This document shows positions 40,309 through 52,734 of a stretch of 64,000 nt of DNA, in pieces (within the stretch, counting starts at the first letter, position 1; every line of letters starts with the position of its first letter). Source of the DNA: Octopus vulgaris (lineage: Eukaryota); the NCBI GenBank assembly GCA_951406725.2, contig OX597828.1, positions 3,410,001 through 3,474,000 of the forward strand, read 5' to 3'. Made by a program: the position numbers and the translations under genes. The notes beneath the pieces were generated by a model that was not told where the DNA came from, searched no databases, and saw only the letters and a program-made list of their open reading frames with translations.

Positions 40309-41139
40309 CAGGGTGTTCGAGCTGAATTTGAATTTTTTTTCAAAAATCACTTTATACTTGGAGAAAAGTCAAAGGCGTTGGAGAGCATAAAGATCAAAGT
40401 TGTAGTTGAGAAAAAGTTAGCTGAGGTGGAGTATTGAATATTGAAAGGAATTACCCTGTATCATGATTTGCGCTGGTCATTAAAATGCCGACATCATGTC
40501 TGCTACTCAATGTTTTGCGAACGCAGTAAAAGCTGTAAGACGTGACATTGACAGTTGCGACAGATCCTACGAAGCTGTGAAAGTAGAGACACAGCAGGTG
40601 TTCTGACAGCGTCTGCACGCCTGTATTTATCCCTAATTCTTGAACGGGGCTTCAGGCTCTATGCAGATACCCATAGGAAGCTGCTGGAAACTAGGTCAAT
40701 CTCTGACTGGAGAGAGTTGCGTCTGTAAAGTTGCAAGAGTAGACTCCATTGTCATGCCTCCGTAGAGGATCACAAGTGGCTGTCGGAAAGTTTCTACGAT
40801 TTCACCAATACCAACTACTGGCCCCCTAATTCTCCCAATTGTAATCCCATAGATAATTACGAGTGAGAAGCAGTTGAGAAAGACCCCAACGGCTCTACCT
40901 GCAACACTAAGGCAGAGCTGGTGCCCAAGATCAAAGAGATGTTCAAAGATCTCAGAGAAGCATTGAGGAACGAATGCGCCAGGTTCATTCTGGAGCCGTC
41001 TTAAGACCGTGGTGGAAGCAGAAAATGGCTAATGAGGAAACTGCTGTTTCCCAGTCGACAATTTTTGACTTTTTAAAATACTTTTATTGCTTCTTTTTTT
41101 CCTTTTATGCAAACTCACATTCAGCCTCCGAAAACCCTG
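40309..41139 (+). mobile_element. Internally deleted Tc1/mariner superfamily (maT-like) transposon
   Basis: TIRs cagggtgttcgagctgaat / attcagcctccgaaaaccctg. Remnant WPPNSPNCNPIDNY..NTKAELVPKIKEMF..RLKTVVEAENG. Confidence 0.8.
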
Positions 41140-42170
41140 CATAGTGTATTGAAGAAGAATACACTACATCAATATATATACAAATTAGCGATTCGCTAAA
41201 TTATCCATTGATTTTCATGGCGAATACATATGTAGTGACAGAGAATTAAGTCCGGAATTAGCCGAATTATGGATGAGGCTACGGAATTAGCCGAAATTGA
41301 CCGATCAGTTTAAGGAATTCTCGACCGGTGATTTCGGGCGATTACAGTCTCTGTCAGTACATGTGTATACAATATATGCTTTAACTACAACATTGCAGCT
41401 TTTTAGTTCTTATTTCTAACAATGTGGGTGTTCTAACACCCTAGTCACATTTAGTGATAATTATAGTTTTCCTTTTTGGAGGTGAAACATTGCACATCGT
41501 TGTCTGTATTAATTTTATATGTGTGTATAAGTGTGTGTGTTTGTATACATAAATACAATTATATCTGTATTTGTGTGTGTGTGTGTGTGTGTGTATGTAT
41601 GAATGTGTGCGCGTGTGTATTTAAACATATCTAAGATGAAAAAGCCAAGTTATTGAAGAGAAACGAAACATCAGTGGTTACTGTGACATAATATTTGTTC
41701 AGAAGCATCAGAACGTAGTAAAGCAAAAATTAAATATAAAAGCATGAAGAGAAAATATAAACAGAACATTTAAGACTAACTCCATGGTCAATAAACAATA
41801 TAAGATCACTGATTCAAGGGTAGATTAAACTTAAAAGGAAATTAAGTTTATTAAAGGTATGAGCAATTTTGCTAATGGAAAGATAACGCATAGTTTATTG
41901 TATCAAACCTTTGAAACCTTTGTGTATTTCGTTAGAAGCATTGTAAATTACGAATGACCAACACTATAATTATTATATGGACAATTACTTTCACATGTAT
42001 CAAAAATAGCATGGTAAATATTCGCTATTTTATAATGGATATTTTTATATAGAGTTCAGTTCATAAGTACGCTCGTATTTGTATGTGTATGCATGTGTGT
42101 GTGTATCTGTGTATGTATGAATTTGTCTGAGTGTGTGTGAGCGCGCGCGTGTGTATGTGTGTGTATGTGG

Positions 42171-42237
<67 letters not shown>

Positions 42238-42414
42238 TGTTTTTATACGTGTGTGCGTAGGTTATCTGCTGTTAAGTAATGATCCGGAAAAATACACATT
42301 GTTATCGTAGCGTACAGCAGATTCTTTACGCTGGTATGATACTCTGGAATGTTCACGGCGTGCAACCACTTGATGTGACAAGTCAAACGAGCCTAATATT
42401 AGTGAGAATTCACA

Positions 42415-43085
42415 GAAAAAAAAGACGAAGTCGGGTGTGTAAACAACAAACAGATGTATCAGTTTAACGGTTGGGAAGTGAGGAAGTCTTTTACGTTTCG
42501 AGCCTACGCTCTTCGACAGAAAGGAACACAGAAATAAACAAGGAGAGAAAATAGAAAATTGTATAGTGGCTAGCGATCTATCATAGCGAATACCAGACAG
42601 AGGGGTCACACATGAGAGATACGAAGAAGGGGAGATAATAAAGTAGCGGTGATCCCAAAACGAAGGTGCGCGTGCATGTGTATGTGAGAGCGTGTATGTG
42701 CGTGTGCGTGCACATGGAAGGGGGCTGGTGACATTGACGTGTGTGTGTGTATATGAGTAGGTGTGCGGATGATGGTGTAGGTGCTGGGAAGTGGTCAGTG
42801 CTAGTGTGTGCAAGGTGGTGTGTGTGGTGTGGTATGGTGATGTGTGTTGTGACGGTGTGTGTTGTGGTGGTGTGTGGTGGTGTGTGGTGTGGTGGTGTGG
42901 TGGTGTGTGGTATGGTGATGTTGGAGTGTGGTATGGTGATGTACATCCCGTTTTACTGATGTACAGAGAAGGGCAGAGAGAGCAAGAGATGCAGGAGATG
43001 ACGCTGCTAGAAGTGCAGGGGAAGGAGTCAATGATATAATAGGGTCGATGATGGGTGCCTGTGAGGAGGGTGGTGTTGGAGAGGT
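42415..43085 (-). mobile_element. Neptune-like PLE fragment: GIY-YIG N-half, CA-rich UTR, terminal HHR-like motif
   Basis: Minus strand 43085-42945 reads YLSNTTLLTGTHHRPYYIIDSFPCTSSSVISCISCSLCPSLYISKTG. HHR-like cttt-CTGTCGA-a-gagc/gctc-GAAACGTA-aaag at 42488-42523. Confidence 0.8.
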
Positions 43086-43097
43086 AAACACATACTC

Positions 43098-43179
<82 letters not shown>

Positions 43180-43261
43180 GTATGTCTGTCTGTCTGCATG
43201 TCTCTGTGTGTATTTCCGTCTGTGTGTTTGTCTGTTTCTATAATATTTTATTGTGTACCGT

Positions 43262-43774
43262 TGCGTATAGGACTGCATAGGGTATAAACTCGTAAACTAC
43301 ATCTTGTGCTTATACAAAGAGTAGTGATCCGAGAGATGGTAATGGTGAAGCGGTTCACCATTTCCATCTCTTGGGCTTGTTGAATCTTCTCGTCAGTGGT
43401 AGAGGCTGACGGGCATCTGGCTCCCTCTTTGCGCGTCAAGCTTGTTCGGTCACTTTTAAACTTCTCGATTCACTCATACACACTTCTACGCGGTAGTGCA
43501 CTCTCCCCGTATTGTGCTAAAAGCCTCCGATGAATTTCAGCACCTTACACACCTTTCGACCGGAGAAATCGGATCACTGCTCTTTGTTCTTCTTTGGTGC
43601 ACATTACTATTGTAGCGGTCATGCGTTACACTGTAAAGCCAGAAAGAAAAATGGCGTGATCAGGCTCAAATTTCACTTACATTACCACAATAGTACCAAC
43701 TGGAAGAATGCATGCGCAGAAGGTAGTGTATAAAGATATGTTATGGAGAAAGTGCAGATAATTTTTGACCTCCC

Positions 43775-43778
<4 letters not shown>
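43262..43778 (-). mobile_element. Mariner 5' half (TIR plus HTH domain pseudogene)
   Basis: Terminus ta|tgaggggaggtcaaaaattat. Remnant CTKEEQRAVIRFL..AEIHRRLLAQYGESALPRRSVYE*IEKFK..RTSL. Confidence 0.85.
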
Positions 43779-43819
<41 letters not shown>

Positions 43820-43822
43820 TAT

Positions 43823-44472
43823 TGTTTATCGCCACTTTTATTTGGCTGTCCCCTAAGAGACAACGATACTGCTATTTAACCCCAAGAAGACATCTCATCC
43901 AGCTGGTTTATTCAGTGCGTTTCTCGCACTCGATATTTATTGGAAGCGAGAGATAATTCATGCCACCCTAGCACTGAGACCGCCAGAACACATAGTTTCA
44001 ATCTGTATTGGGTCTCCTCAGTGGTGGGTACACGTTCGCCAGGTTTGGCAGCAGTTCAACCTTACTTGCACTGTACCGAAAATGCAGGAAAGTAGTCCGT
44101 TAGAAAATAAATCTCTGTTCGCGATTGAAGTAGCATACGAATTAGACAGTACTGTTTATGGCCACTTTAATGTGGTTGTCTTCTAAGGGACGTGGAAACT
44201 GCCATTTAATCCCCTAAAGACGTCTCCACCAGCTAAGATTGAAACGACGTGGTCTGGTGGCCTCAGTGCTAGGGTGGCGGGAGTTATCTCTTGCTTGCAA
44301 CAAATACCGAGTCCGAGAAGCACGCTGAATAAACCAGCTGGTAGAAACGCCTTCCTGGGGTTAAACAACAGAATCGTCGTCTCTTGGAGGACAGCCATAT
44401 TGAAATGGCCATATACAATACTCTTTGATTCGTATACTATTTCTATCTCGAACAGAGATTTTCTAACGTACT
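43823..44472. mobile_element. Old 330-nt unit with terminal redundancy plus inverted permuted copy; degenerate HHR
   Basis: Direct repeat 43823-43861 / 44153-44191. 44235-44400 is inverted to 43840-44003 and 44378-44472 is inverted to 44095-44192. cca-CTGAGGA..GAAAC..TC-tgg on the minus strand at 43983-44024. Confidence 0.65.
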
Positions 44473-44584
44473 AGTTTCCTATACACACATACGCACGCAC
44501 ACACACACACACACACGCGCGCGCGCGCACACACACAGTTATGTATGTATGTATGTATGTATGTATGCATGTATGTATGTATGC

Positions 44585-44650
<66 letters not shown>

Positions 44651-45746
44651 ATCTATATCTATATATACATATATATATATATATATAATAACAGCATGCA
44701 AATAAGAAAAACAAACGAGGAAATTCTCATAGTATGCACACACGCACACACACATACGCACGTAAATATACAAACAAGCGCACTTGTTTAGCATAAAGAC
44801 ATGATAAATATTGTAAATACAAACAATCATTGTTATTTAATACATTGTGTTATCGACTAATGGATACATGTAAGCATAAATACATTGCTTATTGTAATTC
44901 AAGTTTGTAAGTAAATATAAAAAAAAGGAAGAATGCTTAGGAGATACATTGAATATCACTGCCGACAGTGTAACTTCATCCATAAAATCTATCTTTGTTG
45001 AGGATTTACCATCTTAAATAACCTATTACCTACATAGCTACCCTCTGAAAGTATTCTGTTTCGACGTCACTGTCAAAACAAGCAAAATATGCATGAACAT
45101 AAACTCCTAATAGTTCTAGATTCTTGTCTATTCCATTTAGCAACCGGCTTATGTCTAGGTAATTGAAACAAGCAGTTAGTTTCATCTTACGACATCTAAA
45201 CTGAGGTACTTTAAACTCTCGTGCCTTCCCATAGATATTGCTGCTTGTGTTTACGTAACAAAACACCAGAAAGACAGTCATCAGAAATTAGGTTTACAAT
45301 GGTGAGACAGGATCGACTGATCGCAGGTTTCATTCTGATACCGAGACTGTCCAAATTTCAAAAACACTCCATTGCAGATGGATTATTAATCTATCTCATT
45401 ATTCAATAACGATATGTGTTAAGAAAAAAATGTATATATAATAAATTGATCCTGTATAAATATGTAATATATATGTTAGTTAACGAACGTGCGTGTGAGT
45501 GGTTAACCGTTCTAGAAAGCATAGTAACCAAATTTTGTCTTTCCATCCTTTAGCCGAAATAAGGATAGACAGGAAGATGTGTTGTGTTGTGTTTTGTGTG
45601 TATGCGTGTTTGTATGTGCGTGTGTGTGTGTATGTGTGTGTATGTGACGTATTGGTTATAGATGGAACAACATATAGTATTACCCAATCAGAGCGTACAC
45701 ACACACCCCACGCACACAATTACGCGCGCGCTCACGCATATACATA

Positions 45747-46568
45747 CGAGGCATGATCAATAAGTATCCGGACGGGTGCTATAAAAACAAAACTACAAGT
45801 ACCAATTTGGCATTTAATCGCCTTCAAAATAATCCCCTTCAGAAGTTACACATCCAGTGCTGTTTCCTTTGATGGACGCATTCCTGGAACGCCTTGTCTG
45901 GGATAATCAGCAGTTTCCTCGACGTCCTGAAATTTTCTTCCTTTCAAGCGGGTTTCAGTTTTGGAAAGAGGAAAAGTCGCAGGGGGGCGAGATCTGGGGA
46001 ATACGGTGGCTGTCGGACCTGGGGAGATGCTGCACCTTGCCAAAAACTACTGCACAAGCTGCGCTGAATGGGCAGGTGCTTTGTCAGCTGTAAGCAGTTC
46101 TGGCGCAGATTTGGCAGACACGCGTCTCATACCTAAATCTTCAGTGATTGAATGGACTGAACTGAACTGTAACTAATCTCCACATCCTCTGATTACTCAC
46201 AGATGGTGATTCGACGATTTCTCCTCACAGATGCACGCACATCTGCGATGTTTTTCTCAGTTCCGACATTTTTTCGGCCCATACATTCCTCGGCATACAC
46301 TTCCTGCAATTTTTAGTAAGCCTCTGAGCAGGTATCGCCAAATATTTAGCAAAATTTGATGCATATTCATAGTCAATGCGACGATCATACGCTACACAAG
46401 CACTTCCAAGCACTGCTGTAAACAGTGGAAGTGAACTACAACGTTAAAACTTAGTGCGCATGTGCAGCAGAGTTCAAGGTCAGTCTGTGACAAGTAGTTT
46501 TACTCTACATGCTTTAGCTTCATTTTCGTTAGTATGGTAACAGTCAGGGTACTTATTCATCAAACGAC

Positions 46569-46569
<1 letters not shown>
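45747..46569 (-). mobile_element. Internally deleted mariner transposon
   Basis: Imperfect TIRs (tgatcaataagtatccggac / gtcagggtacttattcatca). Remnant PPYSPDLAP-CDFFLFPKLK..LKGRKFQDVEE. Confidence 0.85.
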
Positions 46570-46606
<37 letters not shown>

Positions 46607-46960
46607 TTTTATCCTTTTGAATGCTGTCAAACACTTTGCTGAAGTCCACGAAAGTCATGATGGCGGGTAGCTGCCTTGATTTAACTCCTATGATAGGCCT
46701 CAGGGCTAAGATCTTCCTGGTCTAAATCCATTTTGATTTGGTTTCGCATGGCTATCAGGCACCGGTTGAATCCAATTGAGGATCATGCGGTTGATAAATG
46801 TATGAGATATTGGACAACGCAACCCCTTTGTAGTTAGTTTCATTGCTGAGATTTCCTGACTTTGGAATTGATGTCAAGTCAATCCGGCACCACTGATCTG
46901 GATTTTTCTGGTTCTGCTAGAGCTTTTTCGAAAATCCAGTATTATTTCATCCGGATTGCA
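46607..46960 (-). mobile_element. RTE-clade LINE RT N-terminal fragment (inverted 5' piece)
   Basis: IPKSGNLSNETNYKGVAL..NRMILN..PNQNGF..ILALRPIIGVKSRQLPAIMTFVDFSKVFDSI. Confidence 0.8.
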
Positions 46961-47440
46961 CCTCTTGATAACTTCAAGGACTTAGGTGTTTAGGTGAGCA
47001 ATTCGGAAGCTGACATCAAGATCAGGAAGGCACAAGCTTGAACAAGCTGTCACAAATTAAAGGTCTGGAACTCCAAATTACCCAAGCTATTCAAAATCAA
47101 GCTGTTCGTTGCAGTTTTCGAATAAGTGATATTGTATGGCATGAAACATGGTCAGCGACAAAGAAATTTCAAACGGGCTAGATGGCTGCTACACAAGGAT
47201 GCTACGATTGCTCCGAAATGTGAAATGGCAGCAACATATGACAGACAAATGCCTTTATGGAGACCTGCCGAAAGTTAGCGAAATCAGGTAATGACGGCTG
47301 CCTCTACCGTGTCACTACATGCGCTATATCGACAACTTGACTGCAGGCATTGGTCTGGAATGCATTCAGAATCCCGAGGCAGTGGTGTTAGACCGAGCAG
47401 TGTGGCGGAGAGACTTTGTTGCTCCGACCCGGGTTAGAAC
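46961..47440 (+). mobile_element. RTE-clade LINE C-terminal fragment
   Basis: DNFKDLG..SEADIKIRKAQA..KVWNSKLP..ILYG.ETW..LDGCYTRMLR..VKWQQHMT..LYGDLPKVS. Confidence 0.85.
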
Positions 47441-47459
47441 ACGGCCATAAACAAAACAA

Positions 47460-47540
<81 letters not shown>

Positions 47541-47566
47541 CTCTTTTCTCTCTCTAGCTCTCTTCC

Positions 47567-47641
<75 letters not shown>

Positions 47642-47660
47642 TATAAAATTAATCAAAAGA

Positions 47661-48660
47661 CATACTAAGTATGTCTACGTATTGGAAATAACAGTCAAAA
47701 CACTTAATAAAATCGCCAAAATATACTGATAATAACTACGGAAATCAACAGTCCGAAGGCAAACGAGCTAAAACAATCTTTCAACATACATTCAAGTATT
47801 TGGACTCACGGGGACCATTTTCTGGACTTGCATAATAGCCTACCCTACCTCAGCACGCGTTACTATGATACAGAGCCCCAACCCGCCGTGTCGAAGTTTG
47901 CGCTACATCTCATTCGTTTTGCGCCGAAATCATGGCAGCCACCAGTGTGAAAATAATTTCAATACGGAGCAAATAATTCACGAGAAAGAAATAATTCAAG
48001 AAAAAATAATTTGCGAAGATACTATTAACTCTGTTATTTTCAAGTGTAATAATTAAAAAATGAATCAATAATATGGGCGATTGCAGGCCCCAAATAAAGA
48101 ATTAAATAGCTGAAGGATTAAAATTAATTAAAGGATATACTAAGTATGTCTACCTGCTGGACATAGCAGTCAAACCTCTTTTTAAATCGCCAAAATACAC
48201 TGATAATAACTACAGAAATCAACTGTCCGAAGGCAAACGAGCTAAGAAATCTTCCAGCATACATTCAAGTATTTGAACTCACGAAGCAACTTCTATGAAG
48301 CAGCTTTGAATTATGATCCAGCAGTTAATTATGCAGATGACACTAGAGTTTCCATTGCAGCAATGGCAACTGAGTGCATACATTGTAAAGAAAGAAAGTG
48401 GCCTGGAGAGACGCCTGCCCTGTGCAGCAGTTGTGGAAAGGTTATACTCCTTACAATCACCCAACCTCTAGAACCATTGAAGAAACTGTTGTCATCAACT
48501 GACCAAGATTCCAAGCACATCTAAAACAAAATTAAACAATGCATCGTTGCATCATTTGGAGCCACAAGAGATTTAACTGAGCCAGGATTCATACAAATTT
48601 TCAAGATCCAAGGTCAGGTTTATCATCGGATTAGCTCACTATTATGTATGTCAAATGAAT
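47661..48660 (+). mobile_element. Helitron fragments including Rep N-terminal pseudogene (48273-48645)
   Basis: ALNYDPAVNY..IAAMATECIHCKERKWPGETPALCSSCGKV..PLKKLL..SFGA..GFIQIFKIQGQVYHRISSLL is typical Helitron Rep. The upstream module is duplicated at 47661 and 48137. Confidence 0.85.
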
Positions 48661-48900
48661 CACCAAAATTGGCCTTTCATGGTTTATAATCTACCTGTTT
48701 TTGGTTTCGAAATCAGTTAAACAAAACATGTTTTTGAATTACGTGTATTTAATTTATATACATATATAAATTGAAAACTTTCTCTTAACATTTCACTTAA
48801 CATATATGTTCCATGTTGGCATGTGTTGGAGAGTCTTAATGTAGAAAGTTGGTATCTCAGCTACTATCAGTTGAAACCTGCGTAATCTAGACGGCGTTTA

Positions 48901-48954
<54 letters not shown>

Positions 48955-48955
<1 letters not shown>

Positions 48956-49008
48956 AATAATATATAAATATATGCGTATATACATACATATATGTACATA
49001 CCTACATA

Positions 49009-49066
<58 letters not shown>

Positions 49067-49400
49067 CATGCATATATGGCTACAGGACATAAGAAGAACA
49101 TGGACATAATGAGAAACGAGAACATAAAAAACTAAAGCATAGAAAACGAACTGTTTTCGAACAACGAAAAAACAAACAGAGAAACGAGACATGCAACGTA
49201 AAGAACATTCCCTTCATCAGCTGTTCCCTTTTTTTATCTACTCCGCGTTGCGAAGGTAAGGACAAGACGCGACTTCGTTAAAACAGTCTTCACGAGGGAA
49301 CGGTGAAGGGGAGAGGAGAAGAATAGGAAAAGGGTGGGAGAGAAAAATAGAATGGAAGAAGAACAAGAGAGAGAGGGATATATAGACAGAAAAGAGATAG
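48955..49400 (-). mobile_element. Diverged partial copy of the 24558-25390 family
   Basis: Minus strand shares ttaacga..gtcttgtc..ccttcg, acagctgatga, gtcctgta and atgtaggta.gtacatatatgt in order. Confidence 0.6.
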
Positions 49401-49792
49401 AATAAGAGTGCGCATCGTAACTATTAAGATAAAACTTACTTGGAAAAGGATGTGTGTGTGTGTGTGTATGTATATACACGTAGTACACGCATACATAACA
49501 GATTAGGATAAGTTCCTGTCTATATCGTTTGCTCCCGTTGTTGTTGTCGTTTGGACTCTTAAACACAACAAATAATCGTGGCACTTTATTGCATTATGTT
49601 GAATGGCTCAAAGTATCAACTGAGTACAAAAGAAATCAAAGCACTGTATTAGATGCACACTGGCTGGAGATAATCTATGTGGAGCTTTACGGTCAATTGA
49701 AACAATCGTGTATTTAAGTGTACACACATTATATACTATATATGTGAGTGTGGTTGTATGTATATGTAGATGTATGCATTCTCACTCATTCA

Positions 49793-49887
<95 letters not shown>

Positions 49888-49975
49888 ACTTATTTGGCGA
49901 AAAGAAGTGTATTTCCATGCAGGAAATAATATAGGAGAGTTGGTTGTTGGAGTCGAAAAAGCATCTCAGCCTTAA

Positions 49976-50497
49976 AACGTGTGATAGTTTTTTTTTAAAT
50001 ATTCTAACAGATTTATTAAAATACCAAAGCGTTTTTCATAATTTTTCGTTTTTCAATGGTAAATACAGATATCAACTGTTCTTATAAATTCCAATATTCA
50101 ATAAGTTTCAGAGATAGATAGCAATACAAGTTCAAATGTTCGATAAATTTCATAACAATCGTACTTGATTGAAAATTGTGTAACATTGAGTTATATTTAC
50201 AATTAGATACGATGATGGTTTTAAAAGATTAAGAAAAAAGAAAAGAAAGAAAAAGTTTTCTTTTCATAATTTCTGTTGTACTACACACAGGATTTTTTGC
50301 TAGAATTGTTATTACTTTGTATTCTAGTGAAACTCATTGAATATGGATGAACATTTGACCTTTTAAGCATTTTATACCTTGTACCTTCAATTTCTCCGAA
50401 ATGCTGTTTATTTACCGTTGAAAAACAAAACAAAAAAAATATCGAAGTCGGTTTCGTATCTGAAATCTGTTAGAAAATTTAAAAACTACCACGCGTC
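49976..50497. mobile_element. Non-autonomous TIR element flanked by TTAA (Kolobok/piggyBac-like, uncertain)
   Basis: About 95-bp imperfect inverted ends (aaatattctaacagattt / aaatctgttagaaaattt); TTAA at 49972-49975 and 50498-50501. Confidence 0.45.
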
Positions 50498-50520
50498 TTA
50501 AGACTCTGGTACTCTCCCAC

Positions 50521-50566
<46 letters not shown>

Positions 50567-50776
50567 CGTGTGTTTAGTTGGCTAAAATTCGTCTATTCAA
50601 AAGAAGTGACAATACAAAATACAAGTAGTATTTTATATTTAAGTGTACACACATTATATACTATATATGTGAGTGTGGTTGTATGTATGCATTCTCACTC
50701 ATTCACTCACATGCACACACACACACACACACTTATTTGGCGAAAAGAAGTGTATTTCTATGCAGGAAATAATATA

Positions 50777-51003
50777 TATTTCTTTACTACCCAGAAGGGG
50801 CTAAACACAGAGGAGACAAACAAGGACAGACAAGCGGATTAAGTCGATTACATCGACCCCAGTGTGTAACTGGTACTTAATTTATCGACCCCGGAAGGAT
50901 GAAAGGCAAAGTAGACCTCGGCGGAATTTGAACTCGGAACGTAACGGCAGACGAAATACGGCAACGCATTTCACCCGGCGTGCTAACGTTTCTGCCAGCT
51001 CGC
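50777..51003 (-). mobile_element. SINE family B, young copy with 15-bp TSD
   Basis: TSD gcaggaaataatata at 50762-50776 and 51002-51016. Confidence 0.92.
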
Positions 51004-51171
51004 AGGAAATAATATAGGAGAGTTGGTTGTTGGAGTCGAAAAAGCATCTCAGTCTTAAAACGTGTATGGCCGTGCGTTTATCAATCCTTATCAACAGCAA
51101 AATCTACATGAATTAATTTCGAAAGTTACCCCCAACTAGCTAAGTAGTTGTACGTAATGAATAATGTTCCA

Positions 51172-51345
51172 TATTTTGGCGCAAGGCCAGAAAATTCGGG
51201 AAAGGGGGCAAGTTGATTACATAGAACCAGTGTTCAACTGGTACTGATTTTATCGACCCCGAAGGGATGAAAGCAAGTTCGATCTCGGCGGGATTTGAAC
51301 TGTCGAAATTCCGCGAAGCCTAGTCTACTAACGATTCTGCTAACT
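51172..51345 (-). mobile_element. SINE family B, degenerate
   Basis: ctggtact.attttatcgaccccgaagggatgaaag motif. Confidence 0.75.
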
Positions 51346-51584
51346 TAAAGTCTTCTACGTAATGAATATTTCTATATCAGACAGAAAATAAGAGAAAGAA
51401 TTGAAAAATAGAAGTGTGGTTATTTGTTATTAACTGCTTTGGCTTTAAAAAATTATTATGAATAATACAACGTAGCTGAATTTTCCATGTATTCTATTCA
51501 TACGTACATACTACACACATATATGCGTACACACACACACACACACACGAAAACAAGTACACACACGAAAACAAACACGCACAC

Positions 51585-51812
51585 ATTTCTTTATTGCCCG
51601 CAGGGGGCTAAACATAGAGAGGACAAACAAGTGACAAAGGGATTAAGTCGATTACATCGACCACTGTGTGTAACTGGTACTTATTTAATCGACCTCGAGA
51701 GGATGAAACGCAAGGTCCGACCTCGGCGGAATTCGAATTCAGAACCTAACTACAGATGAAATAACGCTCAGCATTTCGCCCGGTGCGCTAACAATTCTGG
51801 CAGCTGGCCGCC
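51585..51812 (-). mobile_element. SINE family B
   Basis: Reverse complement of the family consensus over its full length. Confidence 0.85.
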
Positions 51813-51904
51813 CTACATACACATACATATTACTTATATATTGGTATGCGTACATATACATACTTGGATATGTGTGTATGTGTATATCGCTAACACCCAA
51901 TTTT

Positions 51905-52082
51905 TTTTTAATTCTCTTTCTACTTATTCTCTTTCTCTTTATTTCCTCGTGTTCCTTTCTGTTGAAGAGCGTAGGCTCGAAATGTAAAAGACTTTCTCAC
52001 CTTCCCGAGCGTCAAACTAATACACCTGTTTGTTGTTTATACACTTGTCTTTGTCTTTTGTTTTTATGTAAATTTCAACTAC
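51905..52082 (+). mobile_element. Neptune-like PLE 3' terminal fragment with U6 HHR-like motif
   Basis: cttt-CTGTTGA-a-gagc/gctc-GAAATGTA-aaag at 51955-51990; homologous to 42415-42560. Confidence 0.75.
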
Positions 52083-52153
52083 ATGTACACATATACAGAT
52101 ATATATATACACGTATACTAATATATCTATTCATATATAACTATGTACCCCAC

Positions 52154-52199
<46 letters not shown>

Positions 52200-52262
52200 T
52201 ACACATATATATATGCATATATATGTATATATCTATATATATATATTTATATATATTTGTAT

Positions 52263-52720
52263 ACAGAACTCAGACATTTGAAATTATCCCCAATGTAATC
52301 GGTAGAACTAAGCATGTGTCTAGTTTTATATGGACAACTAGTGTTTAGTTTTACAAATTATATTGAATTGGAACGATCGTACGGACGAGTCTACGGACGA
52401 AGGATTACGTAAGTAATTTATTCGGTAATAGACGAAACCGGTATACGATTAATTCTTGATTTTTATATAATTTTCATCTGTCTTGCCTGCCTATGTTCTG
52501 GTGTTCGCTGAAATTTCTCTGGAGAACATTCATTCTTTGTAGTTAGATCGTATGTGATCTTATTCTAGCGTATGGTTATCCACCTAGTGTTTTAGCCCTA
52601 AATATACACATGTATTGAATTTTTTTTCTGATTTTTCGGATTTTTTATATGCTAAGCTACTGGTTTTAAATTGATATTAATTAAATTAATATTCAATTTA
52701 TCTCCCTCATTATTTAAATA
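52263..52720 (+). mobile_element. HHR element of the 29681-30369 family, in (TA)n
   Basis: Colinear homology and the same 3' end atctccctcattatttaaat-(TA)n. HHR motif 52376-52449: atcgta-CGGACGA-gtcta/tagac-GAAACCGGTA-tacgat. Confidence 0.8.
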
Positions 52721-52734
52721 TATATATATACGTG

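Larger units (their letters stand above)
49711..51065 (+). repeat. Local direct duplication (49711-49982 and 50636-51065), second copy interrupted by a SINE
   Basis: Near-identical unique sequence tatttaagtgtacacacatt..ggcgaaaagaagtgtatt..ggagtcgaaaaagcatctcag in both. Confidence 0.9.
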
